A stretch of DNA of 63,873 bases, counting the filler, from Nemertoderma westbladi (taxonomy: Eukaryota; Animalia; Xenacoelomorpha): NCBI GenBank assembly GCA_032718475.1. It is 4 parts of 4 records of this genome, joined end to end, with 100 filler letters (N's around TTAATTAATTAA, not from the genome) between each part and the next. Parts side by side here need not be neighbours in the genome. Positions count along the whole stretch, not along the records: positions 41,247 to 58,931 come from JAUCBJ010003647.1; positions 59,032 to 63,873 come from JAUCBJ010005451.1; 2 more parts are not named here. One strand, 5' to 3'. Positions 47,411 to 60,420 of this stretch are shown here, in pieces; position 1 is the stretch's first letter, and the number at the start of each line of letters is the position of its first letter. Both the position numbers and the translations under genes were made by a program. A model generated the notes under the pieces. The model did not search any database and was not told where the DNA came from. It worked only from the letters and a program-made list of their open reading frames with translations.

Positions 47411-50101
47411 TTAATAGCTCCAGTAGTTTTCGAGATATGGGGAGTTTCTGTCACCCATTTTAGCGCCTTTCGGAAATGGAAAAAAAAATGAAAGGAGGGG
47501 TTGACTAATAAATGTTTCATTATTTAGGACACTTCGTTTTACCCAAAGTTATTGACATTTGGTACACTGTATAGAATAGGTGGATAAAATTTTTCCAAAA
47601 AATTTCTTCGAAATTTTTAACCTAACTAACATAATTTTATGCAATAATGTATTAAAATGCAACGGCTTTTAGAGGGATGGTCATCAAGTGCCCAAAATTT
47701 TATCATTTGTGCACAATGATTAAAAATGGGGAATCGATCCTATCAAAATTTTGATAATTGCTTCTGTTCAAAAATTATAAAAAAAACCGATTCTTTGCTG
47801 TATTTTTGACAGATTACGCCATTTTTGGCCAAAAATTTGCAGATTTTGTTAAATATATCAGCTATAACAAAGAAAATTAAAAAAGTGGTAATGGGGTGTT
47901 AAGAATCGCCCAATCATCATTCATACCAAATTTCACAAGAACCGTAAATTTTTAGAAAAGCCTTTGCATTTTGAAATTTAAAATTTGCATTCTTCAGAAA
48001 ACGCATTTAAAGTTTATTATGCTTAGGGCAATTCTGTCCAATTAAATGTTAGAATGCACACAACCCCACTGAAAATGTTGTTGCAAGGGTTTCCGGGTCG
48101 GTGTTTTCCATTCAAAAGTCCGTTTACTCACTTGACAGAGTCATATCTGTCTGTCCGTCAAAATATAACGGACAGCTGAACAGACAAACAGATAATGTGT
48201 ATGACATCAAACACGAAAACTGACATCGGAAATGAATTCACCAACCATGATAACCCCCATAACGAAATTTTTAGCTAGTTGGTAGGGTGAGTGAGGGAGA
48301 CTTGAACCCCAAAGGTTATTATAATCGCTCTAAAGAACAGATAAATAAATTTTTCAATGCCGTTTTAACTTTTTCACATTACATTTATGATTGCTATCAT
48401 TATGTGAGAGTTTGAGAATTTCAACTCTTAAACTTTTTTAATTAAACCAATTATTCGTATTTTCGAAAAAGCGTCAAGTCTCCCTCAATGGGGGGGGGGG
48501 GGGAGACCTTGACACCTAGGGTGGGAGACTTGAACCCCACCTCGCATACTTGTAAATTCGTTCAAAAATGCAGAAGATGTGTAATAATTACATGTTCAAC
48601 ATGTATATTTTCTAGAAGAGCAAAAAAAATTCAAAAAATGCGATTGTTAAATTGTTAAATTATTATCCACAATTTTATACAAATTTAGGTGGTCGTTCAC
48701 ATGGTTCTCCCAACAAGAACTTAATAAATAATAGTTCATTAAAATCGTATTAAAATTCAACGCGGGAAAGTACTTTTTATTAATGAATATTTTGTATAAT
48801 TTTCAATCCAGGCATATTTTAATTGTTTTCCTGTAATTCTATTGATGTGTGCCGCTTTCTGACGAAGTGGCATCTTGTTTAACCTGTCAATCACCCAGTT
48901 GGTGGGCTACTAACTACTTTGCAAAGAGGGAAGGAAGAGTGCCGCTTTCTTTCCAAGCTTTTCCAAGCCAACAACCCCTTGGTTGGCTTGGCTGGCTTGG
49001 CTTGGCTCTCTCTCTCTGGCCACTCCATTGTATTCACATTCCATTTATAGCTTGGTCTGTGTAAAGTGTAAGTGGCGATCAACTAGTTGGAGTGCTCTGG
49101 TGTAATGGTTCTCTACGTGGGTGTATCTCTAGGTACAGTAGACGTCAGCATTGAAGGCTTCAAGTCTCCCTCACACTCGGGCGTCATGTCTCCCCACATG
49201 GGCTTTTTTTATATTAATTGATATAATTTCAAAACGGCTGAACCAAAACTGGAAAAAATATATGGCAGGATAGTCCAATAATTGTCAACACATGGATGTG
49301 AATTACAATTAACATACAGTAAAATAAGGATGCGATGTTTCATTCGTAGTAAAGGGCAAAAATTTACTTTTGAACCCAGAAAACGTTTATTGACAATAAA
49401 ACAAAAAATAACCAAAAGGTAATAAAACATTGTTGCGCGGGTGTAGCCAACATGTATTTTCACATTTTTTGTGGTATTGTTAAATAATTTACAATAGTTT
49501 TTGAGTTATTAAAAAAAATAAAGTCTCCCCTAAAGTCAAGTCTCCCTCGCCTCGCTCACCCTATGCATTCATATTATACTTTAACAAACAGATCGCTGGA
49601 AAGACAGAAAAACCGACAGACATATATACATAGTAGGTTTTGTTAAAAGTGTAAACTGACGTCGGAAATGAAGTGAAAACTGATGTTTGGAATGAGATCA
49701 GCGACCAGGAATACCCCCATAACATAACTTTTACCTGGAAAGAATTGTTTTGTTACGGCCTATCTATATTTTGACAGACCAACCGTCAGAAACATAATCC
49801 CAGACTTTCAGATTTCGCAGACTTTTACGCAGAGTAAGGTTAACATATTGGTAACTTTTGAACTACTGTATATTAGCTATTAACAAACGGTTTGAAGTTT
49901 TGAAATCCTCATAAAACTCTGCACCAGGAGGGATTGAAAATGAAAAAAAATTGATTTTTTTTCTGAATTAGTCAACCCCCCCCCCCCCCCCCCCCCCTTA
50001 CAAAGGAAGGCGTATTTTGAGTAAATTTTTTTCAATTCCGAAAGGCTCTGAAATGGGTGCCCGGAAATTCTCATATCTCGAAAACTACTGGAGCTATTAA
50101 G
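47411..50101. mobile_element. Non-autonomous element with ~100-bp imperfect inverted ends
   Basis: TTAATAGCTCCAGTAGTTTTCGAGATATG..CCTTTCGGAA..GGGGTTGACTAAT at 47411-47510 is inverted at 49967-50100. Confidence 0.65.
48285..49561. mobile_element. TA-flanked TIR element (Tc1/mariner-pogo-like MITE), nested
   Basis: TA|GGGTGAGTGAGGGAGACTTGA..TCAAGTCTCCCTCG..CTCACCC|TA, with internal GGGAGACTTGA repeats. Confidence 0.75.
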
Positions 50102-50599
50102 TTCAACAGGCACATATCTTACGGGCGGAGAAAGGTTTAATGGAATTCGAAACAGGGTAGTACCGGTAGGCTACATATTAAAAAAAACTGATGCCCATTG
50201 ACAATTTTTCTACGCTGCTTTTTCTGACAAGTAATGCCCTACTAGAAACAGGACTAGACCAAATTATGGTGTCAACGTTATGCCGAGACCGGAATCTGTC
50301 CCACAGAAGACAACCGTTACTTCGAACTAATAGCCAAATTTGCTATTGATTTTCAAATATTTCCGAACAGTGCTGTACCTGTCCTTATATTTATTTGTTT
50401 TTCTTTATAGAGAATTTAAATATGGAGATAAAATATTCAGTTCCAAAAGTGTATAATGTATAAACTAAACATACAGGAGCTTTGTATGGTCGAAGTGGAA
50501 CCACTTCTGTTTAGGTAAATTCAAAATCAGATTTCAGTTTTGTAAAATACAGAAATAAAGTAGATGAGAAGAGTTTCTAAAGCTCATACTATGATTTCA

Positions 50600-51100
50600 T
50601 TTACCTTTAAGCCTCCGACTCAGATATTTCGCATGCTACTACTGTATAATAAATATGTTTGTTTTGGTTCAATTTATAAAGTTAAAATAAAATGCGATGA
50701 AATTTAACAGTCTAAATACAAATATTATGTTATTAAGATTCAACTATAATTATTGTTTGTGAAATCCTGCAGGTTGTTTCTAGTTATATAGATAAACGTT
50801 ACGGTGGCAGGCGGTTGAATAGACTACAGTTGCCGAGAGTCTATAGCAACAGTTGGGCAGACAGTCACGGAACCGGGTCAAAGTCTTTCTGTTTGATGAG
50901 CGGTTGTTTACTTAGCTGTTTATTGAGTGAATGGGATTGGCCTGTCAATGGCTCATCTTGTAGTTTCCTGCCAGTCTGACTCCCGCACAAAGATACCCCG
51001 AGGAATAGATCGTTAATCATTAAGTTATCCATTAAGAAATGACACCCCGGTAAATTTATCGACGTTGATGGAACTACATCCCGGTTGCTGACAGACAACT
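50600..51100 (-). promoter_or_regulatory. Candidate FoxL2 promoter / non-coding first exon
   Basis: Unique GC-richer island with forkhead-type sites (TTGTTTAC 50904, TGTTTAT 50917), CCAAT, minus-strand TATATAA at 50790-50784 and a donor AAG|GTAAAT near 50604. An acceptor CATTTAG lies 7 nt before the FoxL2 ATG. Confidence 0.35.
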
Positions 51101-51549
51101 ATCCGAAGTTCAATAATTGGTCTCGCCAAGAAGGTGAGACCAATAGTCTATACGTTTGGTTACTGCTTGTAATGTTATACCCAGTGATTAATTATTAAAT
51201 AAAGGAAAATTAAAAAGGTCTAAATTCCAATACTTTCTTCCTAATTACACTACCGGTAAGTATTTTTATATTTAATAATTAACCAATATTCTGGAACATA
51301 TTATTTATTTGAAGACTATTATTTACTTTGTGACATTTTACTAGTCGTAGCTACTGATTAAATAAATAAAATGCCCCATAATAGTATGTATTACAGTACA
51401 AAGTTGGCTGATTCAAGAGCAATAATCCCCATTTACCTAGGAAAATAATGCAAATATTATTTACCGCTAGCCCATTTACTGAGCGGTAAATATAGTAAAT
51501 TTTAACAATAAAATGTATTATTTTTATTGGTAATGAATTATTATGTAAT

Positions 51550-52738
51550 CAGGGTTGTTTGATTTAAATCACATATAAAAATCAAAAATATCAAATTTTT
51601 TTTATTTGTTTTAATATCATGAATTTTATCAACCATGCTTTAAGGCCAGGATAATCATTGCATTATTGATTATTAATAAATGATTCAAATTACCTAAATA
51701 TTTACATGAAAATACAGTATCATCTCACATTTCCAATACCATACAATGTAAACAGGCCCATAAATTAAATTGTAGTTTAGAGTCCTATTCAGTTTGTTGA
51801 AATTAGTTTATATTCGAATTCAGGCTTTCCGGGATCGGGACAGGGATTATTATTCTCGAAAACCCGTTTTACGGGATCGGTATTGCAATTTTGGATTAAA
51901 TTCCTTAAAGTTAATAATATATGTGGCGGGTTTTCAGTAACACTCACTTTATTTTACACTTCTGAAATATTAGTAAGATAAAGTTATATTAAAATTATCT
52001 TATAAATGATTACTGGATAGTTTACTGAAAAAAATTTTAGATATAATCAAAACATTTCCGTTCTGCTGGAACTTTTTTTTAGATGTTCAACAAATTTATT
52101 TAACCATTTAAACTTCGGGATCCCGTTCCAAAAAGTCGGAATCGGGATTGGATATTTCGAAGGGATCCCGGTTTTTCGGTTTTTTTTAAACATTAGTGCA
52201 TTGATGAAGCCAGAAGTCTTCCGATTGTTTAAATATAAAATCTGATTTAAATAAAAAAATCTGATTTAAATAAAAATGTGATTTAAATGGGTGACTACAA
52301 AACAAAGACCAACATAATCTTGTAACATGTGTTTACTTTCGTTTAGTGTTTTGGTTCCCCCAACACGCCTTTGTAACCTGCTGCTTTACTACCCTGTTCC
52401 TTTAAATGGCAATGTAACCTAACGCTCTTTGGGAGCTGTACAAAACAAAGAGGTAAAGTCGCGTTACGTCCTAAAGGGCGTTAGGTCCCATTGCCATATA
52501 GTGTTAGGTCCCATTGCCATTTACAGGAGCAGGTTAGTAAAGGAGCAGGTTACAGAGGCGTGTTGGGAGACCAAAACAATACACGAAAGTTAACACATGT
52601 GTTTCATTCAGGTCTTGGTTATTTGGGTCTTTGCTTTGTAGTCACCCGATTTAAATAAAAAAAAAATCTGATTTAAATAAAAAAAATCTGATTTTTTTTA
52701 TTTTTATTTTAAAAAAATCATGACTTTTATCAACCCTG
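51550..52738. mobile_element. hAT-like MITE
   Basis: CAGGGTTG..CAACCCTG ends, TSD TATGTAAT/TATGTAAC (7 of 8 match), subterminal GATTTAAAT repeats. Confidence 0.75.
52289..52647. mobile_element. GGG-ended long-TIR MITE with 9-bp TSD (MULE/Merlin-like), nested in the hAT MITE
   Basis: GGGTGACTACAAAACAAAGACC / GGTCTTTGCTTTGTAGTCACCC, flanked by GATTTAAAT on both sides. Confidence 0.8.
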
Positions 52739-53435
52739 TATGTAACCCGCCTATAACCGGCCATGGCCACTCGATACGATTCTATACCAAAAAGTATATT
52801 ATTTCCATTTTATAGGATTTTGGATTCTCACTCGACTAATAATCATTATTACCTAACGAACTAACGATTAGTATTTATAAAACTTCTTAAAAAAATAGCC
52901 GATACTTTTTTAGAGTAATCAAATACAAATTTACGAATTAAAAATGAAATGAAATGAATCAATAAATCACCATGATTAATTAATATTATCAAAATATTAT
53001 GAAGTTATTATATCAACGAAACAATATACATACAGATATAAATTATAAAACACAGTGAAATAGATAGAGATAAAAAACTCCTAATTACCTATTATTGTAC
53101 GGACTGGCAACTGTTAAAATATTTTATTGTATTGCACTAAAAACGGGTTAAAATAAATCCACCCCTGAGACTGAAATATAAACAACATAAATATATGAAA
53201 TCTCAAGAGTGAGTGCGCGGTGGGGCGCGCCGAGAAGTCTAGGCGTATAGTTTACTAACTATATTACTCAGATCTTCGCGAATCAACGTTTAGATCTTTA
53301 CTCTCGATAATGAACTGTGTTATGATAATTAATTAGTCCGGGGATATCTTGCATGGAAGAATATAGTAAATGTTTTAACTGATTTGGGTCTGAAAAAATT
53401 TCAATAATCAGACTGATGTCCGTCCAACTGACACT

Positions 53436-56400
53436 TTCGATCCTCCGGGGGTGTGTTCCAGTTCCAGAACGTCGATCCTCCAGGGGTGTGTTCCAGTTCC
53501 AGAACGCCGATCCTCCAGGGGTTCCAGTTCCAGAACGTCGATCCTCCAGGGGTGTATTCCAGTTCCAGAACGCCGATCCTCCGGGGGTGTGTTCCAGTTC
53601 CAGAACGTCGATCCTCCAGGGGTGTGTTCCAGTTCCAGAACGTCGATCCTCCAGGGGTGTGTTCCAGTTCCAGAACGTCGATCCTCCAGGGGTGTGTTCC
53701 AGTTCCAGAACGCCGATCCTCCGGGGGTGTGTTCCAGTTCCAGAACGTCGATCCTCCAGGGGTTCCAGTTCCAGAACGTCGATCCTCCAGGGGTGTGTTC
53801 CAGTTCCAGAACGTCGATCCTCCAGGGGTGTGTTCCAGTTCCAGAACGCCGATCCTCCAGGGGTTCCAGTTCCAGTTCCAGAACGTCAATCCTCCAGGGG
53901 TGCGTTCCAGTTCCAGAACGTCGATCCTCCAGGGGTGTGTTCCAGTTCCAGAACGTCGATCCTCCAGGGGTGTGTTCCAGTTCCAGAACGTCAATCCTCC
54001 AGGGGTGCGTTCCAGTTCCAGAACGTCGATCCTCCAGGGGTGTGTTCCAGTTCCAGAACGTCGATCCTCCAGGGGTTCCAGTTCCAGAACGTCGATCCTC
54101 CAGGGGTGTGTTCCAGTTCCAGAACGTCGATCCTCCAGGGGTGTGTTCCAGTTCCAGAACGTCAATCCTCCAGGGGTGCGTTCCAGTTCCAGAACGTCGA
54201 TCCTCCAGGGGTGTGTTCCAGTTCCAGAACGTCGATCCTCCAGGGGTGTGTTCCAGTTCCAGAACGTCGATCCTCCAGGGGTTCCAGTTCCAGAACGTCG
54301 ATCCTCCAGGGGTGTGTTCCAGTTCCAGAACGTCGATCCTCCAGGGGTGTGTTCCAGTTCCAGAACGTCGATCCTCCAGGGGTGTGTTCCAGTTCCAGAA
54401 CGTCAATCCTCCAGGGGTGCGTTCCAGTTCCAGAACGTCGATCCTCCAGGGGTGTGTTCCAGTTCCAGAACGTCGATCCTCCAGGGGTGTGTTCCAGTTC
54501 CAGAACGTCGATCCTCCAGGGGTTCCAGTTCCAGAACGTCGATCCTCCAGGGGTGTGTTCCAGTTCCAGAACGTCGATCCTCCAGGGGTGTGTTCCAGTT
54601 CCAGAACGCCGATCCTCCAGGGGTTCCAGTTCCAGAACGTCGATCCTCCAGGGGTGTGTTCCAGTTCCAGAACGTCGATCCTCCAGGGGTGTGTTCCAGT
54701 TCCAGAACGTCGATCCTCCGGGGGTGTGTTCCAGTTCCAGAACGTCGATCCTCCAGGGGTGTGTTCCAGTTCCAGAACGTCGATCCTCCAGGGGTGTGTT
54801 CCAGTTCCAGAACGTCGATCCTCCGGGGGTGTGTTCCAGTTCCAGAACGTCGATCCTCCAGGGGTGTGTTCCAGTTCCAGAACGCCGATCCTGCAGGGGT
54901 TCCAGTTCCAGAACGCCGATCCTCCAGGGGTTCCAGTTCCAGAACGTCGATCCTCCAGGGGTGTGTTCCAGTTCCAGAACGTCGATCCTCCAGGGGTGTG
55001 TTCCAGTTCCAGAACGTCGATCCTCCAGGGGTGTGTTCCAGTTCCAGAACGCCGATCCTCCAGGGGTGTGTTCCAGTTCCAGAACGTCGATCCTCCAGGG
55101 GTGTGTTCCAGTTCCAGAACGTCGATCCTCCAGGGGTTCCAGTTCCAGAACGTCGATCCTCCAGGGGTGTGTTCCAGTTCCAGAACGTCGATCCTCCAGG
55201 GGTGTGTTCCAGTTCCAGAACGTCGATCCTCCAGGGGTTCCAGTTCCAGAACGTCGATCCTCCAGGGGTGTGTTCCAGTTCCAGAACGTCGATCCTCCAG
55301 GGGTGTGTTCCAGTTCCAGAACGTCGATCCTCCAGGGGTGTGTTCCAGTTCCAGAACGTCAATCCTCCAGGGGTGCGTTCCAGTTCCAGAACGTCGATCC
55401 TCCAGGGGTGTGTTCCAGTTCCAGAACGTCGATCCTCCAGGGGTGTGTTCCAGTTCCAGAACGTCGATCCTCCAGGGGTTCCAGTTCCAGAACGTCGATC
55501 CTCCAGGGGTGTGTTCCAGTTCCAGAACGTCGATCCTCCAGGGGTGTGTTCCAGTTCCAGAACGCCGATCCTCCAGGGGTTCCAGTTCCAGAACGTCGAT
55601 CCTCCAGGGGTGTGTTCCAGTTCCAGAACGTCGATCCTCCAGGGGTTCCAGTTCCAGAACGCCGATCCTCCAGGGGTTCCAGTTCCAGAACGTCGATCCT
55701 CCAGGGGTGTGTTCCAGTTCCAGAACGTCGATCCTCCAGGGGTGTGTTCCAGTTCCAGAACGTCGATCCTCCAGGGGTGTGTTCCAGTTCCAGAACGCCG
55801 ATCCTCCAGGGGTGTGTTCCAGTTCCAGAACGTCGATCCTCCAGGGGTGTGTTCCAGTTCCAGAACGTCGATCCTCCAGGGGTGTGTTCCAGTTCCAGAA
55901 CGTCGATCCTCCAGGGGTTCCAGTTCCAGAACGTCGATCCTCCAGGGGTGTGTTCCAGTTCCAGAACGTCGATCCTCCAGGGGTGTGTTCCAGTTCCAGA
56001 ACGTCGATCCTCCAGGGGTTCCAGTTCCAGAACGTCGATCCTCCAGGGGTGAGTTCCAGTTCCAGAACGTCGATCCTCCAGGGGTGTGTTCCAGTTCCAG
56101 AACGTCGATCCTCCAGGGGTGTGTTCCAGTTCCAGAACGTCGATCCTCCAGGGCTGTGTTCCAGTTCCACAACGTCGATCCTCCAGGGGTGTGTTCCAGT
56201 TCCAGAACGTCGATCCTCCAGGGGTTCCAGTTCCAGAACGTCGATCCTCCAGGGGTGTGTTCCAGTTCTAGAACGTCGATCCTCCAGGGGTGTTTTCCAG
56301 TTCCAGAACGCCGATCCTCCAGGGGTTCCAGTTCCAGAACGTCGATCCTCCAGGGGTGTGTTCCAGTTCCAGAACGTCGATCCTCCAGGGGTTCCAGTTC

Positions 56401-57675
56401 CAGAACGCCGATCCTCCAGGGGTTCCAGTTCCAGAACGTCGATCCTCCAGGGGTGTGTTCCAGTTCCAGAACGTCGATCCTCCAGGGGTGTGTTCCAGTT
56501 CCAGAACGTCGATCCTCCAGGGGTGTGTTCCAGTTCCAGAACGCCGATCCTCCAGGGGTGTGTTCCAGTTCCAGAACGTCGATCCTCCAGGGGTGTGTTC
56601 CAGTTCCAGAACGTCGATCCTCCAGGGGTGTGTTCCAGTTCCAGAACGTCGATCCTCCAGGGGTTCCAGTTCCAGAACGTCGATCCTCCAGGGGTGTGTT
56701 CCAGTTCCAGAACGTCGATCCTCCAGGGGTGTGTTCCAGTTCCAGAACGTCGATCCTCCAGGGGTTCCAGTTCCAGAACGTCGATCCTCCAGGGGTGTGT
56801 TCCAGTTCCAGAACGTCGATCCTCCAGGGGTGTGTTCCAGTTCCAGAACGTCGATCCTCCAGGGGTGTGTTCCAGTTCCAGAACGTCAATCCTCCAGGGG
56901 TGCGTTCCAGTTCCAGAACGTCGATCCTCCAGGGGTGTGTTCCAGTTCCAGAACGTCGATCCTCTAGGGGTGTGTTCCAGTTCCAGAACGTCGATCCTCC
57001 AGGGGTTCCAGTTCCAGAACGTCGATCCTCCAGGGGTGTGTTCCAGTTCCAGAACGTCGATCCTCCAGGGGTGTGTTCCAGTTCCAGAACGTCGATCCTC
57101 CAGGGGTGTGTTCCAGTTCCAGAACGTCGATCCTCCAGGGGTTCCAGTTCCAGAACGTCGATCCTCCAGGGGTGTGTTCCAGTTCCAGAACGTCGATCCT
57201 CCAGGGGTGTGTTCCAGTTCCAGAACGTCGATCCTCCAGGGGTTCCAGTTCCAGAACGTCGATCCTCCAGGGGTGTGTTCCAGTTCCAGAACGCCGATCC
57301 TCCAGGGGTGTGTTCCAGTTCCAGAACGTCGATCCTCCAGGGGTGTGTTCCAGTTCCAGAACGTCGATCCTCCAGGGGTGTGTTCCAGTTCCAGAACGTC
57401 GATCCTCCAGGGGTTCCAGTTCCAGAACGTCGATCCTCCAGGGGTGTGTTCCAGTTCCAGAACGTCGATCCTCCAGGGGTGTGTTCCAGTTCCAGAACGT
57501 CGATCCTCCAGGGGTGTGTTCCAGTTCCAGAACGTCGATCCTCCAGGGGTGTGTTCCAGTTCCAGAACGTCGATCCTCCAGGGGTGTGTTCCAGTTCCAG
57601 AACGTCGATCATCCAGGGGTGTGTTCCAGTTCCAGAACGTCGATCCTCCAGGGGTGTGTTCCAGTTCCAGAACGT
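53436..57675. repeat. 35/31-bp minisatellite GTTCCAGTTCCAGAACGTCGATCCTCCAGGG(GTGT) (~4.2 kb) downstream of HDAC3
   Basis: Roughly 125 near-identical copies. The consensus has no stop codon in any frame, hence the 900-1400 aa ORFs on both strands. Confidence 0.98.
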
Positions 57676-58091
57676 TTTTACTCGCTATTACTCCAACTGC
57701 CCGGTTCCAAGTTCCAAAGAAGTTATAAACAATCCAAGTTATTGTGAAGTTTTATTAATTAGAGTTCGATATCAATCTTAATTTATTGCTTGTATCTAAA
57801 ACTTCTTCCTGTATTGTATTATAAGATGAATGATAGAAAAGTTCGTTGATTTTCAGCAGTAAATTAATTACCAAAACATATCCAGAAGCAGTTAATGCTC
57901 TAACCGTTCTTGTGGAAGATTCTCAACTCAATGATTGCAGATGGGCATCAATCGGATTATTGATCTTAACATTTGTTACTTGGCTAGAATCACAAATTAA
58001 ACATAGAGCATTTCCTATATATTCCCATGCGAGGTTCAGTGAAAAAATATGTATTATAGGAGGGCGCCCCATTGGTTACAGCGTCTGTATC

Positions 58092-58236
58092 TTAGCAACC
58101 TGATTCAACCTTCACGCACTCAGGGTCTTCCTGAGAATTCGAGTTAACAACGTCATCAGAAAGGAAGTCCGGTAGGACATCGTGCATCTGGACCGAAGGG
58201 GCCGAGGCTAATCCCTTTAGGTTGTCCAATGTAAAC
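58092..58236 (-). CDS. HDAC3: HDAC3 probable last coding exon
   Basis: TTTCAG|G acceptor; RFTLDNLKGLASAPSVQMHDVLPDFL..EDPECVKVESGC*; APSVQ.HD motif of class I HDACs. Confidence 0.85.
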
Positions 58237-58364
58237 CTGAAAGGAAACAATAAACGAGTTGTTATCTGTCAGTGATAGTAACATATATCTTTATGTTTAT
58301 TTAGTATCTTTATCTATTACAACTGTGTTAAATTAAATTTGAACTAGTTTCAGTTTCAACTCAC

Positions 58365-58931
58365 CTTTTAATATCTTCAAGATAAGAACGGGAATTCTGA
58401 TTGTCGATTTTCGACGCGCCGATATCCGGATGGAGAATAAAATCCGGCGCGAAATACTCGAAGTAATCGTTGTACGGGAGCTCGTTGGGGACCGGCTGGT
58501 CCACCAACAGACTCGTCTCGTAAGCCCAGCATCGCGCTACATTCCGCACGGTGTAACCCCCGCCGCCCAGCACCAAGGTGGGCAGATTGAACCCCCGCAG
58601 ATACCTAATACACTCCCCGTGCCCCGCAATACTCATATTAAAACAACCCAGTCGATCTAACCCTAAAGAATCCGCGCCGCATTGTATAACCAACGCCGAG
58701 GGCCTGTAGAACTGCATAACTCCTTCCATGACAGGCCGGAAAACCGACTTATAACTCATATCGTCTATCCCGTCCCGCAACGGGACATTAACACTGTAAT
58801 ACTTCCCGGACTCCGCCCCGATCTCGTACATTTCCCCGGTCCCCGGGAAGAACATATTCCCGTATTTATGGAAACTCACAGTCATAACTCGATCGGTGAG
58901 GTAGAAAGCCTCTTGCACCCCGTCGCCGTGG
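58365..58931 (-). CDS. HDAC3: HDAC3 internal exon (5' part lost in the gap)
   Basis: [100 protein letters not shown] contains HDAC3-specific residues; donor AG|GTGAGT. Confidence 0.96.
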
Positions 58932-59031
58932 NNNNNNNNNNNNNNNNNNNNNNNNNNNNNNNNNNNNNNNNNNNNTTAATTAATTAANNNNNNNNNNNNN
59001 NNNNNNNNNNNNNNNNNNNNNNNNNNNNNNN
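58932..59031. other. Artificial scaffold spacer
   Basis: 44N-TTAATTAATTAA-44N. Confidence 0.97.
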
Positions 59032-59859
59032 AACTCCAATCGAGAATGTGATAAGATTATTTATTTGAATGAATGTGGTGTAACTAACGCTATGGCAGAA
59101 GAAGATGTAATTAATGGATGGGATTAAACCGGTTGGCGATATCATTGCAAATAAACCAAACAATGATAGTGACAACAAAAGAGAATCAAAACCATCATCA
59201 AGCTTTGGCAATATCTTTGTAAGTCTGACAGTTCTCCATTCAATCAAATTGCTGCAAATATGCTTGATATATGGACCGGGTCTACAGTCACTACAGATTC
59301 ACCTCTAAGGATTGGGCGGTAGCCAGATAATCATTATATTGACCACATCTTATTCCCACGGAAATAAACTAAATGTGACTTTACTGCAACCAATATCATA
59401 GTTGTTATCTTATTATGACCGCAGTATATTATTATACAGTTTACCAGTTTTAAGTTGGTGTTAATAATTGATTTAATAATTTGTATAATTGCATATTTAA
59501 TGTTTAGTTTCATATTATTGTATTATAAAAAAATATCCTTAAGTATTTCATCAGCACTCATACTAGAATGCACCTGTTATCATATCATTCTTATAAATTA
59601 AATATAATATTAATTTATTGTTATATTCTTTTAATTTCAGCCAGAAATTGATTTAATAGGAAAACCATCATCATCATCAGTGGCTGAGCCTGTTAAAGGC
59701 AATGACGGAGACATAGCAACGTGTTTGAATGTTGTTGGGGCTGGTTTTTATCCACCCTTCTGGTTTGTTGAACTTGGAACAAAACATAATGTGTTTAGGA
59801 TTGACATTTATGGGGAGATTAATATCATCGGAATGCAGGTAATATGATAAATGTATGTT

Positions 59860-60420
59860 ATAGAATTTACTGTACAAACACATACTGCACATAACTCATG
59901 TCTATGTATGCATGCTAGACGCCTCTAAAGCATTTGATTGCGTAAATCACTATTTAGTTTAATAAAATACTGGTATCGTAATCAGTCATTACGAGTTTGA
60001 TGGGATGGGGTTCTCTCCGCATCTTTTCGAGTAACTAACAGTACTCGACAGGGTGGTACTCTTGCCTTTATTGTACAATGTTTATGTTGATGGTCTTAGT
60101 TGTGTTTTAAACAATAGCGGTTTAGGATGTATGATCGATAATATTAGAACTAATCACTTACTGTACGCAGATGATCTTTTTCGTTTACATACTTAGGTCA
60201 TATCTTAACATCATCGACTGATGATGAGGTTGATATGACTAATCAATTGCATTCACTTCACGCTAGAGCTAACACTTTAGTTAGGAAGTTTTACAATGCC
60301 TCAGTAGCTGTCAAAGTTACATTATTTAGTGCTCCGATGTATTGTATTAGCCTGTGGGCGCGGAGGAGTTACTCACAACGTATGTTTGACAAAATTAGGG
60401 TTGCGTATAAAAACTGCACC
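59860..60420 (+). mobile_element. Degenerate LINE reverse transcriptase (RTEX-like)
   Basis: VYVCMLDASKAFDCVNH, FRVTNSTRQGG, LYNVYVDGLS..GLGC..NHLLYADDL and ARANTLVRKF..VKVTLF in broken frames. Confidence 0.8.

Noticed and set aside
53436-57675. CRISPR-like array (35-bp repeats)
   Set aside because: No unique spacers, no cas genes, eukaryotic context.
53401-57781. 900-1442 aa ORFs on both strands
   Set aside because: Translations of a stop-free 35/31-bp tandem repeat. Unit lengths are not multiples of three and all frames give the same peptides.
58984-59308. Possible HDAC3 upstream exons after the gap
   Set aside because: No HDAC motifs in the listed ORFs; the adjacent sequence is decayed LINE.
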